From positions 5,046,310 to 5,110,309 of the forward strand of contig CAVNZM010000008.1 of assembly GCA_963693365.1 (NCBI GenBank): 64,000 nt of DNA. Direction: 5' to 3'. Made by a program: the position numbers and the translations under genes. This document shows, one piece after another, positions 1 to 14,036 of the stretch. This stretch comes from Amoebidium appalachense (Eukaryota > Protista > Ichthyosporea). The notes under the pieces were generated by a model. That model was not told where the DNA came from and ran no database searches. It was given only the letters and a program-made list of their open reading frames with translations. The first letter of the stretch is position 1. Each line of letters begins with the position of its first letter.

Positions 1-315
1 TTGTGCCCCATGCCCCGAATACTACCGAACTCCAACCCTTCACTTTCATCATTCCTAATCTAACCCCTTGCTTATATATTGATCTTATGCCACACTGTCA
101 ACACCTATCACATCTACCCCAAACTGTTCCCCACGTCCTTTTCCCCCAAACACACCTGATTCTCTTCGGCTGTACCCGTTAGGATGCCATGACTCAGCCC
201 CCCCCCCCCCCCCCTATTTCTAACTATTACACCACAAGAGCAGAAGGAGAAAAAGTCCGCACATCTGCGCACCTTCCCTTACAGCACCAACTCCCCAGCA
301 CTGGTGCTTACTCCC

Positions 316-348
<33 letters not shown>

Positions 349-792
349 ACCCCAAAAGCTCACCCGTACAGCCGTGAAAGAGAGCATCACAATCAACACA
401 AAATCCCGTGCCCCCCCCCCCCCCCCCCCTTTTTTTGTTGACATGCTAGTGAGCTAGTGTGTATGCGGCCAATGTAGCCGTACACGAGATGCACCCACTT
501 CCTGGTGTTCCTCTATACCCGCCCGGTGCATCCCGGTGCCTGTGTGCAGCCAACGGGGTGTGGTGCAGCCAAAGTAGTGCACATATGTGGTGGCTTGAAA
601 GAGCACGGTGATGCTTGTGCATGTGAGCAGCTGCATGCATACGTCGGCGGGCACGCGCACGTGTACTCGTAGGAGTGTGTGTCCCGATGTGTGCTTGAAA
701 GTGTCCACAAGCTTGCATGTGCCCGTGTGTACAGTGACAGGCCGTGTGCACATGTCTCGTGTGTGTGCACGTGTCTGCTGAGCTGCACTTGC

Positions 793-2199
793 CTCTCCTT
801 GACGCAGTGACCGCAGCGGGAGCCGCCATAGGCGCGAGTGATGTTCTTGCGCGTCTTTGAGATGGTGGCCAGCTGCTTGGGGCGCAGGGCCGGCACACCC
901 TGCAGGTGGCTGCCGCAGTCGCCGCACTTGGGCCGGGACCCAGCCTTCTTCACGTACAGGTACGTGAGCTTGCCACCCGGGGTCTTGACGCTGCAGCCCC
1001 AACGTTAGAAAACGCCCATGCGCACCCCAACACACCGAGCTGCAAGGAATGTATGGGTTCTTGCAAAGGCAGTGGCACAAGGCAGGCAAGAGGCTAATGC
1101 AGGTCAGAATGAACTTGTGCAGAAGACAAAACGAAGGGCATAGGGCGTTACATCAGAAGAGTAAGGCACAGATGAGGTGAAAGGCAGAGAAGGGTGAGGT
1201 GGAAGATGGTGATTGGGAACCTTGGCATGGATGGTATCCGTGTAGACACGTGTGCCACAACTTGCGACAACAAACATAGCTATAGTTGTTTGTGAAGAGC
1301 ACACGAATCGACAGGCAGCAAACCATAGAATGCAGAAACTTATTGCAGGAAGACTGTGTGCTTACACCATAGGCACAGGTGTTTTGTCTTCCACAGAAAC
1401 GACATTCAAAGACTCTTCACACACATCCATGTGGTACTGCGTGTGCACTCCATGTACTCAAAAAAGCTAACTTGTGCTGCCCAGCCTTGGAGGTCTCTTT
1501 TAAACCAGGTGCAACGTAGAGTTGCATGCGAAAGAAAACTTGGTCTTCCTCCATGAATGTGTCCCCGAGTTCGACGGGCAACAAGGTTGTCTCCCAACAT
1601 AAAACCCGGTTGACTAATAAAGTGAACTTGCTGGAATGACTCAAAACTAGCACTACCAAACAACCGTCCCACCTGCTAGAGTGGATCATAGATTCTTCCT
1701 CTTGTCTTCCACAAGTCCGTTGTGTGCTTTGACTTGGACTCACCACTGTTAATCGATTTCCGTCAAAACTATCCGTACTGGAAGCTATCCTCAGCGTTGA
1801 TTCCTTTGCCACACCCAGTAACTCCGTCCGTGGCTGCCCGTCAGTCCAGCCTCCAAATCACTCCTAGTGGCAAAAAGCCATTGATTGAGTTGAATTGATC
1901 GAATCCCTTCTCGTGGCAATAGCCCCTTTTCCCAGTGCTAGAAGCTTGGACATGGTTGTCGTCAAAAAAACAGGATACAGGCAACAGTGACCCTCGCACT
2001 TTCCCGTCCTTGGAACAAGTGTGCTGGATAGATAGACGGGCTCCGTGTTCCTCCTGCTGAGAGTGTGGGCTTGCTTGCCGCAAAGCCTCCACACCTGGAA
2101 TAAAAAAATAAGAATAACGGGAGGGGGGACCTACATCCGGCGGGTGTTGGACGTCGTGTTGTAGGACAGACGCCTACGGTATGTCACACGCTGCACCAT
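793..2199 (-). CDS. RPL34: 60S ribosomal protein L34 (eL34), coding exons 1-2; final exon not found in window (probably left of position 1)
   Basis: Exon 2199-2135 (MVQRVTYRRRLSYNTTSNTRR, donor GTAGGT) joins in frame to exon 990-793 (IVKTPGGKLTYLYVKKAGSRPKCGDCGSHLQGVPALRP...RAYGGSRCGHCVKER), with typical eL34 motifs and four Zn-binding Cys. Acceptor CAG at 993-991 has an upstream CTAAC branch site. A further acceptor at 2211-2209 implies a 5'UTR intron. The expected C-terminal IxRAFLxEEQ exon is not visible in 1-790. Confidence 0.95.
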
Positions 2200-3304
2200 C
2201 TTTGCTGCCTGCAGGAATAGACCAGACCCTATAAGGCACACTCCCAACTGCTTTGCCCCTTGTTGGTAAATATGACCAGAAAGCCAAATCAAGCCCACAA
2301 AACAACTCGTGGAGCCACTAGAAACCAAATATAATCCCAACGCTGCAAATAAATAAATCGCCCAGAATTTCCTTGCTAGACACGCAACCTCCCTAAACGA
2401 TTGATCAAACACGTCAAACATGAGTGATTTTGGCATGGAATCGGCATTACTTAGAATGCCCCCCAAAACCGACAAGTGCTGATGTCGCCTGGCCAAGTCC
2501 GCCCCGCCCCTACTCTATACGCGAGCTGCGAAGTCGGATGTTCCTGGATGTGTACTTTCAGCCGACTCTGTAAGTCGCTATCGACCGATTCCCTGCGGAT
2601 ACTAGCCGATGGCTCCGTTTGCTAAATCTACCTTACATCGTTTTACCCTGAATGAATCAGTGTGTATCGACCAGCAATGTCCGTCAGGACGATAAACTCA
2701 GCAATCAGTGCGCCATCCTTGGCTATCGGCCCCTGTATGTCCGGCCTACATCTTCTCTTCCCCTATGTTGGACCGAGAACTACGTTTTTATCGCCCTACA
2801 CATAAAACGAAAATTCGTGGATCGGACCTTTTCAGACACGGGCTGAGAAGAGAGTCTCTGAATGCCCGTCTGCGGCTGAAACAGCCTCCGCGGAGACACC
2901 ACCCCCCCTCTCTGGAATGTACTCAATCCATGTGGATGTAGCTAAATATCGAGTGTACGCCAATCACAAAGCATATTCGCACATACCTAGATATTCCAGG
3001 AATGTTTCATCCTTCTTTTGATTGGTTTAAAGCAGATGACGATTTTCCGTTATAACCGTGAATGATAAATCTATCCTGTCAGGCCTTATTTGTTGGCTGC
3101 TTCTGTTATGTAGTCATACAGCGGAGTATACGTATAAATTTTGTACGGTCTTCAAGTCATGGTATGCACTTACGTTTCTATAACTCGTATTTTCTTTTCA
3201 TTTTGCCTCACGGTTACGCAGCGGATGAATAAATCCAGTAAAAACATCACATAACTTACAGGCTAATTTGTGATAGATTTACAAGCCTCTCCTTTCGCCT
3301 GCAG

Positions 3305-4960
<1,656 letters not shown>

Positions 4961-5419
4961 GCCGAATAAACAAGAAATCACAACAAACGACAAATTCTAA
5001 GACTCTCCAAAAACCAAAAGCAGGCATGCGCAAGCATGCACTCCCGATGGTGCGTACGTGCTACTGAAATTTTTTCTGAGGAGTCACAACTCTGCCCACT
5101 AGACAACCTTTCTCGGCCGCTTAGAGCACAAACATAATATGCACACATCTGTCTCCGATTACGGACATCAAATACCGGGCTCGGATGCATATGCATGACT
5201 TTGAAAACTTTTGAGCCATTAAACCGCAACCTGTTGCGTGCATACCTTCCCCCCCCCCCCCCCCCCCCCCCCCCAAAGCCCCACCACCACCACGAAAACC
5301 ATCACCACCACCACCACCACCACCACCACCAACCACACACCCACCCACACCCCACCCACCACGGTCACCACCGTGCAGCAGAGGGCAACACTGAATGCTG
5401 CAGTACTGTGCATATCAAA

Positions 5420-5492
<73 letters not shown>

Positions 5493-6111
5493 GTTTTGGG
5501 TGGCAGGTAAGGGGGGCTTGTTGAAATACAGGGAGATATTTTGGGGTGATGGGGGGTTGTTGAAATACAGGGAGAAATACTAACACCTATGCACACACTC
5601 TAACGGTAGCACAAGGAAGAAAGACGTTTCCCTGCTAATTCAATGGCTGTTCTATGCAGCACCGCCCATATTATTAATGATGATCCGGGGTCACAAAGGT
5701 TACGGGAATTTACCTGGGCCCTAAGGGTGTGTGATGGTGCTGTGGGGTAGAGGGCGAAAATCTGCAACATTTTATGACACATCGTGCAATGCATTCATGT
5801 ACGTAGTGGCCAATGCGGCTCCTGTGTATCTTTATATGTGGTGTGGGTTGCACTCGCCTTAGATTTGTAGTGTGTGTCCCTACTTACATTTTTTTTTTTG
5901 CAGGAATGACATACAGCCCACAATGTCATATTCAAGGAGTCCGGCACACCTATTCATTTTGTAAGTGTCAATATTATGATTTTCTGATTATATTTATTAA
6001 AACCCCAACATTATTACCATTACCAAGGCAGAATTTGTTCTGGAACGTTCGGGCATCCGTGCCTCCTCCCTCTCCCCCCCCCCCCCCTCCTCCCTCCTCC
6101 CCCTCCCCCCC

Positions 6112-6142
<31 letters not shown>

Positions 6143-6525
6143 AGTTGTCTTCCTTCCCTAGGCCTTCTATTTCCTTCTCGGCTGCCTAAAAAACTCTTAC
6201 AGACCAGTAAATCACTCAGAGTTTCAACATTGGTTGCTCATCGGTACACCAATCAGAGGTGTAAACCCTCCTCCCCTCCCCCCCTCCTCCCTCCTCCCCC
6301 CCCCCCCCTCTCCCCCCCCCCCCCCCCCCCCCCCCCCAACACACATACACCATAAAAATAAAAAAAAAATGGCTGGGACTCATGATTTCTATAGCTTGGC
6401 CTTACAAATCATCATTCACACCAAGAAGTTCCCGTAAGTGTACACCCGAGCACATTTTTGTCGACAATTCGTAGGCACTCTAGAGGAGTTGCATGATACT
6501 GGCACCACCAAGCACACACACACCG

Positions 6526-6656
<131 letters not shown>

Positions 6657-7262
6657 GTGACACACCCACCACAGCCGCGCGTGCGCGCGCACACACACAC
6701 ACCCAGACACCCGTGGGCACATAATGAGCACAATGTCATGTTTGAGTTCATTGAAAAGTAGCCTAGTGACGTTGACGGGAACATTTTTCGCTTGTATAAG
6801 AGTGGGCATGATGGGAGACTGGGTGGGAGAGGTGCCGCCACCGGAAAGAGTGTCTCTAATGATGACTTGCAATGGGCCTGCAGAAGAACTCTTTGCTTCT
6901 CAACATGGTAACTGCTGATAGACCCCCTCTCTCCCATCCTCCCCTCTCCCTCCCCCCCCCCCCCCCCACACACACACACACCCCACCCCCCCCCCCCCCC
7001 CCTTCACTGCATCACCACCTCCCTCCGACTCTTCTTTCCAAATCAAGTACACATTAGGAACCTAAATTAGATAAGAATGGCGGGGGGGAGGGGGGGGGGG
7101 AGAAGGGGGAGGGGAGAGAGGGGCGAATGCATGGGAAGGATTGAAACGTGAGAGCATAAATGTGAGTTTAAATGCCATTGAGGAAAATTTGAAGGTGGGA
7201 AGGGTAGGGGTTGGGGGGGTGGGGGGGTGGGCGGGGGACCGGGGAAGAGGCGAGGGAAGAGG

Positions 7263-7298
<36 letters not shown>

Positions 7299-7446
7299 GG
7301 GGGGCAAAGGGCCGAGACGGATGAAGGGAAGGGGTGAGGTTGGTTGATTTGGTGCAGGTGTGCACGTGTGGGCCCTTGGTCCGTGCAGGGTCTAGAGAGA
7401 GCGCACACCCGCGTGCGTGCACAAGCACACACACACACACACACAC

Positions 7447-7519
<73 letters not shown>

Positions 7520-7530
7520 ACACACTCACA

Positions 7531-7571
<41 letters not shown>

Positions 7572-7579
7572 CACACAGT

Positions 7580-7649
<70 letters not shown>

Positions 7650-7787
7650 ATGCACACACACAACACTCACACACACGCACACACGCGTGCGCACACACAC
7701 GCGCATGCAGGCACGCGCGTCACGCTGCCCCTGCACCCACCCACACACACACACACAGGTGCATGCGCGTGCACCCACACACCCGCG

Positions 7788-7842
<55 letters not shown>

Positions 7843-8119
7843 GTATACACACATGCAGCACCCCTTCGGCATGCATTACTCACATAAACACACACCCCCC
7901 CCCCCACCCACCCACCCCTCTCCCCCCCCCCTCCCCCCCCCCTTCCCCCTGCAAACGTATCCACCACACAACCCACCCCACCTCACTCCAAGCTCCGGGC
8001 CCGAAGGGGTTTAGTATTTAGACAAAACACTTCACAGCCTAGAAGTACCAATGATATGAAAACGTATTGGTTATAGTGGTTACCAAGGCAGAGGAAATCT
8101 TTTTATGGGCTATGATTAG

Positions 8120-8419
8120 AGGGGTTTCTTTTAGGCTGTTTGATTGGCCACATTCCTGCCTCCTGCACATCCGGCTTCCGGGCCAAGCTATATAAATCAA
8201 AATTTTGAACTGCAATCTTCTTCCTTACGCTTGGTTATTCTTCTTCCCTTTTTCAAAGTTTCTCTTTCTCTTTTTTTTTGGTTGCATTATGGGAGATCTG
8301 TGCCTTGCTGCCGGCAAAAAATGTCAGTTACCGGGACCGGCGCTGACGCACAACCGGCCAATCACATAGCTAGAAGCCCCTCTGAACCGACCCAAACCGG
8401 AAAGCTAAAAGAAACCCCC
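8120..8419. mobile_element. ~300-bp MITE, possibly Kolobok-like
   Basis: Inverted ends AGGGGTTTCTTTTAG (8120-8134) and CTAAAAGAAACCCCC (8405-8419), flanked by TTAG and TTAA. RR...YY termini with a TTAA target are typical of Kolobok. The same TIR core recurs at 54152-54281. Confidence 0.6.
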
Positions 8420-8810
8420 TTAAAAAGTGGGTCCATCCGCGCAGAGGGGGGGGGGGGGGGGGGGGGGGGGGGGAGGGGGGCTCAATTTCTGGGTGCATAG
8501 CCACTTGAAAAAACTTCTGGTCGGCCATGATTTCTCTTAAGTTTAAAACAACAAACGGAGCGTTTGATTGGCTTCGTATTCATGGCGAAAGCATCCATCC
8601 GGTTTGTTTGGGTGTTCCACAAGCCACCGTGACGGAGGGAGTCTTAAAGTGTGGGGGTGTGGATGCAACTACTAGAGGTACAGAGGTGCATGGTGTGTGT
8701 TTTATTTTGGGTGTATGTGTGTGGGTGGGTGGGTGGGTGTGTTTGTGTCTGTGGGAGTGTCGGATCTAGTTGATGTGTATGTGTCTGTGTGTGTGTGTAT
8801 GTATGTGTGT

Positions 8811-8870
<60 letters not shown>

Positions 8871-8873
<3 letters not shown>

Positions 8874-8976
8874 TGCTAGATGTGTGTGTGGTGCTAGATG
8901 TGTGTGTGTTTGTATGTGTGGTGGTGGTGGGGAGGGGGGGATTTGTGTATGGGTGGATTTGGGTGAATGAGTGTGG

Positions 8977-9062
<86 letters not shown>

Positions 9063-9146
9063 TGCTAGATGTGTGTGTGTTTGTATGTGTGGTGGTGGTG
9101 GTGGGGGGGGGATTTGGGTATGGGTGGATTTGGGTGAATGAGTGTG

Positions 9147-9238
<92 letters not shown>

Positions 9239-9323
9239 TGCTAGATGTGTGTGTGTTTGCATGTGTGGTGGTGGTGGGGGGGGGGGGATTTGGGTATGGG
9301 TGGATTTGGGTGAATGAGTGTGG

Positions 9324-9325
<2 letters not shown>
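8871..9325. repeat. Tandem repeat, ~3 copies of a ~180-bp unit with an embedded variable (GT)n
   Basis: Unit core GGTGCTAGATGTGTGTGTGTTTG...GGGATTTG(T/G)GTATGGGTGGATTTGGGTGAATGAGTGTGGA recurs near 8891, 9061 and 9237. Confidence 0.85.
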
Positions 9326-9383
<58 letters not shown>

Positions 9384-9403
9384 GCGTGTGCGTGTGCGTG
9401 TGC

Positions 9404-9455
<52 letters not shown>

Positions 9456-9920
9456 TGCGCAATTCAACCCCGCCTTCGGAAGCTGTTAACAAAGCAAAGC
9501 TTTTTGATATACACAAATACCTTGCTCTAAGTTGAAAAAACAAAACCGCAGCTTCTGCCCAAAAAAAAACAAAGAAACCAAACCTACAAAACAACAACAT
9601 CAACTGTGACCCAAAACAATGCAAGCATACACCCTGGCAAGTTGTGTGCGATTGTAGGTGCAAAAGGACATATTTTCAAGATTCAACATTCTCCACTCAT
9701 TGACAGTATGTTCCTCTCTAATCGTCACGAAAAACATACCCATTATGTAGCCCTAGCTCGGAGCCACTACATTGAGCATTTAAGCTATTTGAGATTTGGA
9801 AGCTGGAGGTCCATATAAGGCCTCTAGCCGCCATCGTGTGTAGCGTCGCAGCTCTATCGGCATTTCAACTGGGCAACAACGGATTGCACAACCTTCCTGC
9901 CTATAGCCTAAATGTAATTT

Positions 9921-9952
<32 letters not shown>

Positions 9953-9962
9953 CCCCCCCCTC

Positions 9963-9997
<35 letters not shown>

Positions 9998-10031
9998 CAA
10001 CACCTGTCGGCCTCGCCCATAATGTTGCTCG

Positions 10032-10090
<59 letters not shown>

Positions 10091-10525
10091 GGGATGGTGA
10101 ACCACGTGAGCCCATCTACCCAATACATGTCTTTCGGAACCCATATTACAGTGTCCCCTCTGCGCATATTCATACACCTCGGATCAGGTCCCAAGGTTTA
10201 TGAATACGGAAACCCGACAGTTTTGTTTGTGGATTACCATATATGGTGTCGTGTGTAGATCTATCTTATTGCCAATACCTTGGGATATATAGCTGGTGTT
10301 CTTATGCTATCGTGCAGGGCAAGCATTGCATCCGATTGCGCGAATGTATCTATTAGGTGGTCAGATCAATGCGTAAGGGGAAACAGCGCAACCCCCCCCC
10401 CCTCCCCCTCCCCCCCCCCCCCCAAAAAAAAAAAAAAAAAAAAAGAAAGAAAAAAGAAGAAGAAGAAGAAGAAATCCTCTCCCCCCCCCCCCCCCCCCCT
10501 CCCCCTCCCCCCCCCCCCCCCTCCC

Positions 10526-10557
<32 letters not shown>

Positions 10558-11469
10558 AAAAAAAAAAAAGAAAAGAAAAAATACACGCAGACTGGTACAT
10601 CCACCTCACACCTTGCACCAGGGGAAATCTGATGATGTGCTCTCCCCCCTCCCCCCCCAACCCCACCCCACCACCACCACCACCACCAATACAAGGGAAT
10701 GCCTCATTGCTCTCATCTCCCCCTAGGCCTCCCGTCCCCTCCTCCCCCCCTCGCTCTTCCCCAACCCCCCCTCCCCCCCCCCCCCCCCCCCCCCGCTACC
10801 CCCCTCTGGATCCAAAACTGTAGTGGGGTGTGCCGCAATGACCCCCCCCCCCCCCCCCCTCCGCCCTTCTCCAATCTTATCCCCTTCCCCCGGGCCTAGT
10901 TATACGCCAGTTGTATTATTTAACCGTAATACACCCCTCCCTCACCACAGGGTTAGTGTACACGTGACATGTTTCGATGATCGGATTGATGCATATGATG
11001 CATTCCATTGCCAATTGGCAATATATATAGACCCAGTGGCTCGCCCACCCCTGAGATCCCCCCCCCCCCCCCCCCCCCTCCCGGCATGTATATATGCCAT
11101 AGGCAGGGCCTACTACTATCTATCGAACATGAGAAGTATTCAAGCTGGTTTGGTAGGTTCAACATGATAACAATGAATCTAAGTTCGAAATTCGATCCCT
11201 ACCCACACGAAAACAGCCTGCCAAGGAAGTTGCACACTCATACACACCAACGAGCACTAAATGTGCACTTACACACACACCAGCCACCACAACACCACCA
11301 CACGAAATGTGATATAACGATTCGTTGTGGTGGTGGGATCCCTTCTCTCCCTACCTGCTGCCGCCAAATTTAAAGGAGGGCCCGCGGGGAAGGGAGGAAG
11401 GGAGGGGGGGGGGGGGTTTGGCTCCCTTCCTTACTGAGTACTCCAGATCTCCGGGAAACAGGGCCTTCC

Positions 11470-11505
<36 letters not shown>

Positions 11506-11672
11506 TTTGTACTCATCTACACACTTTGGATCCAATAATTTGGACTCTTTCCTTTATTGTGCAAAATGGTTCTTAAAAGGCTTTCCACCTAAATTTGATC
11601 GAGGATGCATGTACGACACATGTGAGCCAAGTGTGTCTGCGTGTCTGTGTGTGTACGTGTGTGTGTGTGTAT

Positions 11673-11780
<108 letters not shown>

Positions 11781-12557
11781 AACGGTGTGTGTGCCCGTGC
11801 GTGCGCGCCTGGGTGCCTGTGTGCCCGAGACCAGGGCTCCCCGGGGGCAGGAGGTTGGGAGGCGCAAACATGGGAATTACATTCTGATGCCTCATGGCAA
11901 GGAAAAGGGGTGGGGGGTGGGGGGGGGATATGTGTGCCACGGTTTGTGTGTCTGGAGGGGAGGGGATGGAGGGAGATAACTTGCTGGGGGGAAAGGGAAG
12001 GAGGGGGGGGGGGGGGGGGGGGGGGAGGGGGATCGGGGTGAAGGGAGAAAGCCTCGGAGAGAGAAAGAGAAAGAGCGGCCTTGAGTCAAATCACTCTTTA
12101 ACATTAATGGGCGGCTCACTGACAAATTATAACATTGGTTGCAGCTACACAACATAATTAATCCCCTCTACTCCCTAGCCCCCTTTGCTCTCATTGGTTG
12201 TAATCCCATATGCACATCCATATATGGACATATCCGATAGTCATATTCCGTGATCATGGACACTTGCATCCTGCAGCTGCAGAGATTCTTCCCCCCTCCC
12301 CCCCCCTCCCTCCCTCCCCCCCCCCCCCCCCCCCCCGCCCCTCCCCTCCCCACCCTCCCTAAGGGCTCTTCTCTCCTCCTCCCCTCCCCCATGGGTGTTG
12401 AATCAAGGAACAGCCACTGCCCTTCCTGGAAGATTGCACCATAAGGTAGCTCTGCAGCGGCAAATCACGAACAAAGGCCTGTGGAACTTGTGGGATTTGG
12501 TGGAATTTTCTACCCCCCACCCCCACCCCCCACCCTCGCGCCCCCCCTCCCGTCGCC

Positions 12558-12589
<32 letters not shown>

Positions 12590-13155
12590 TTTTTTTTTTA
12601 TTTATTTTCCTGCAACGGGAGGGGGGCGCGAGGGGTGGGGGGTGGGGGTGGGGGGAGGGGGAGGGGGGAGGGGGGAGGGAGATAGTAGCACTTATGACGG
12701 GACATAGGAGATTGGCCGGTTTATCAACCTACATCACACCACTTCGCCTACTAATTAGCCACTGGCCTAACTAGCGACTATTAGTGCCAATTCGCCGCCG
12801 AAGACACATGTGTACACAGTCACATGCAGTCATGGTTACAGCTGCTGCACGTAAACCTTTGGCACCGCTTCGAAAAGAGATTCCCTTCTGTTATGCCATA
12901 GTGTCACAAGCCTGAGGGGGTCATATCATCGTGATTATTATCCCCCTCTAGCCCTCCCTCTCTCCCTCCCTCCCTTCCCCCTCCCCCCCTCTCTCTCTCC
13001 CCCTCTCTCCCCCCCCCCCCCCCTCCCCCCCTCTCTCTCTCCCGTTCCCCCCTCCCTCCTCCCCCCCCCCCCCCTCCTTTCCCCCCTCTACATTCACCTT
13101 AATACCCTCCCCCTCCTCCCCCCCTTTCTCCCTCTCTCCTTTCACCTTTAAACAG

Positions 13156-13205
<50 letters not shown>

Positions 13206-13439
13206 ATAAAGAAAAGTACGAAAAGAAAAGAAAAACCACCCTAAATATGTACTCGTGTGTACCACACCGATTTGGTTGCTTGGATGCGGTTGCGATATGG
13301 CTAATCAATGATCTGATCGGCGACCAATCAACCGTTACGTCATAGATCCAGTGGCTCACCAGATTACGTAATATGTGAATTTGCTCCAATCGCTCAAACC
13401 ACGAAACAACTCCCGTGTGTCCGCTTTCGCTTGGTCCCC

Positions 13440-13715
13440 CACGCGCAGACTTGGGTACTTTTCACTAGTAAACCCCTCCTGAAAATTGACAGAAGTGGTT
13501 TTCCCGTTAGGATAAAGGTTTACACAGAGCCGTTTGTTCGCCTCCGAGTATTACCTATGCCTCCCTAATACACTATGATAGCCAATACATAGACATGCCC
13601 TTAGAATCATAGGCGAACAAAACGGCTCTGTGTAAACGTTTGAATTGGTGAAAAAAACGTTTGTGCCAATTTTCAAGGGGGGTTTATTGGTGAAAAGTAC
13701 CGAAGTCTGCGTGTG
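13440..13715. mobile_element. Fold-back (long imperfect inverted repeat) MITE-like element
   Basis: Arm 13440-13543 (CACGCGCAGACTTGGGTACTTTTCAC...GTTTACACAGAGCCGTTTGTTCGCCT) is the approximate reverse complement of 13611-13715 (AGGCGAACAAAACGGCTCTGTGTAAAC...GTGAAAAGTACCGAAGTCTGCGTGTG). Weaker symmetry continues outward. Confidence 0.75.
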
Positions 13716-13992
13716 AAGGATCATGCCGGCGGCTCAAAAACGGTTACTCAGGGTGAGTTCGTGTTTTGCCCAATTGGGTCATGTGCTGATGATTCACATC
13801 TGGCGCCCTAATCTAACTTTCGGATTTATGGACATATAATTAGTAGAAGGAGGTAACCATGCAACTTTAAAAAAAAATTTTTTTAACACTATGCGTAAAT
13901 AAGGGATAGCCAGTAGCCAAATGTCGACTTGGCGGTACCTGCGGAGTTTCCTTTCCTTTTCTTCCTTTCTTTTTCTTCTATACTTCTATTCT

Positions 13993-14036
<44 letters not shown>

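Noticed and set aside
1520-2010. RNase P/MRP RNA in the RPL34 intron (GGGAAAGTGCGAG on the minus strand)
   Set aside because: Only a loose resemblance to CR-I, and no convincing CR-V motif.
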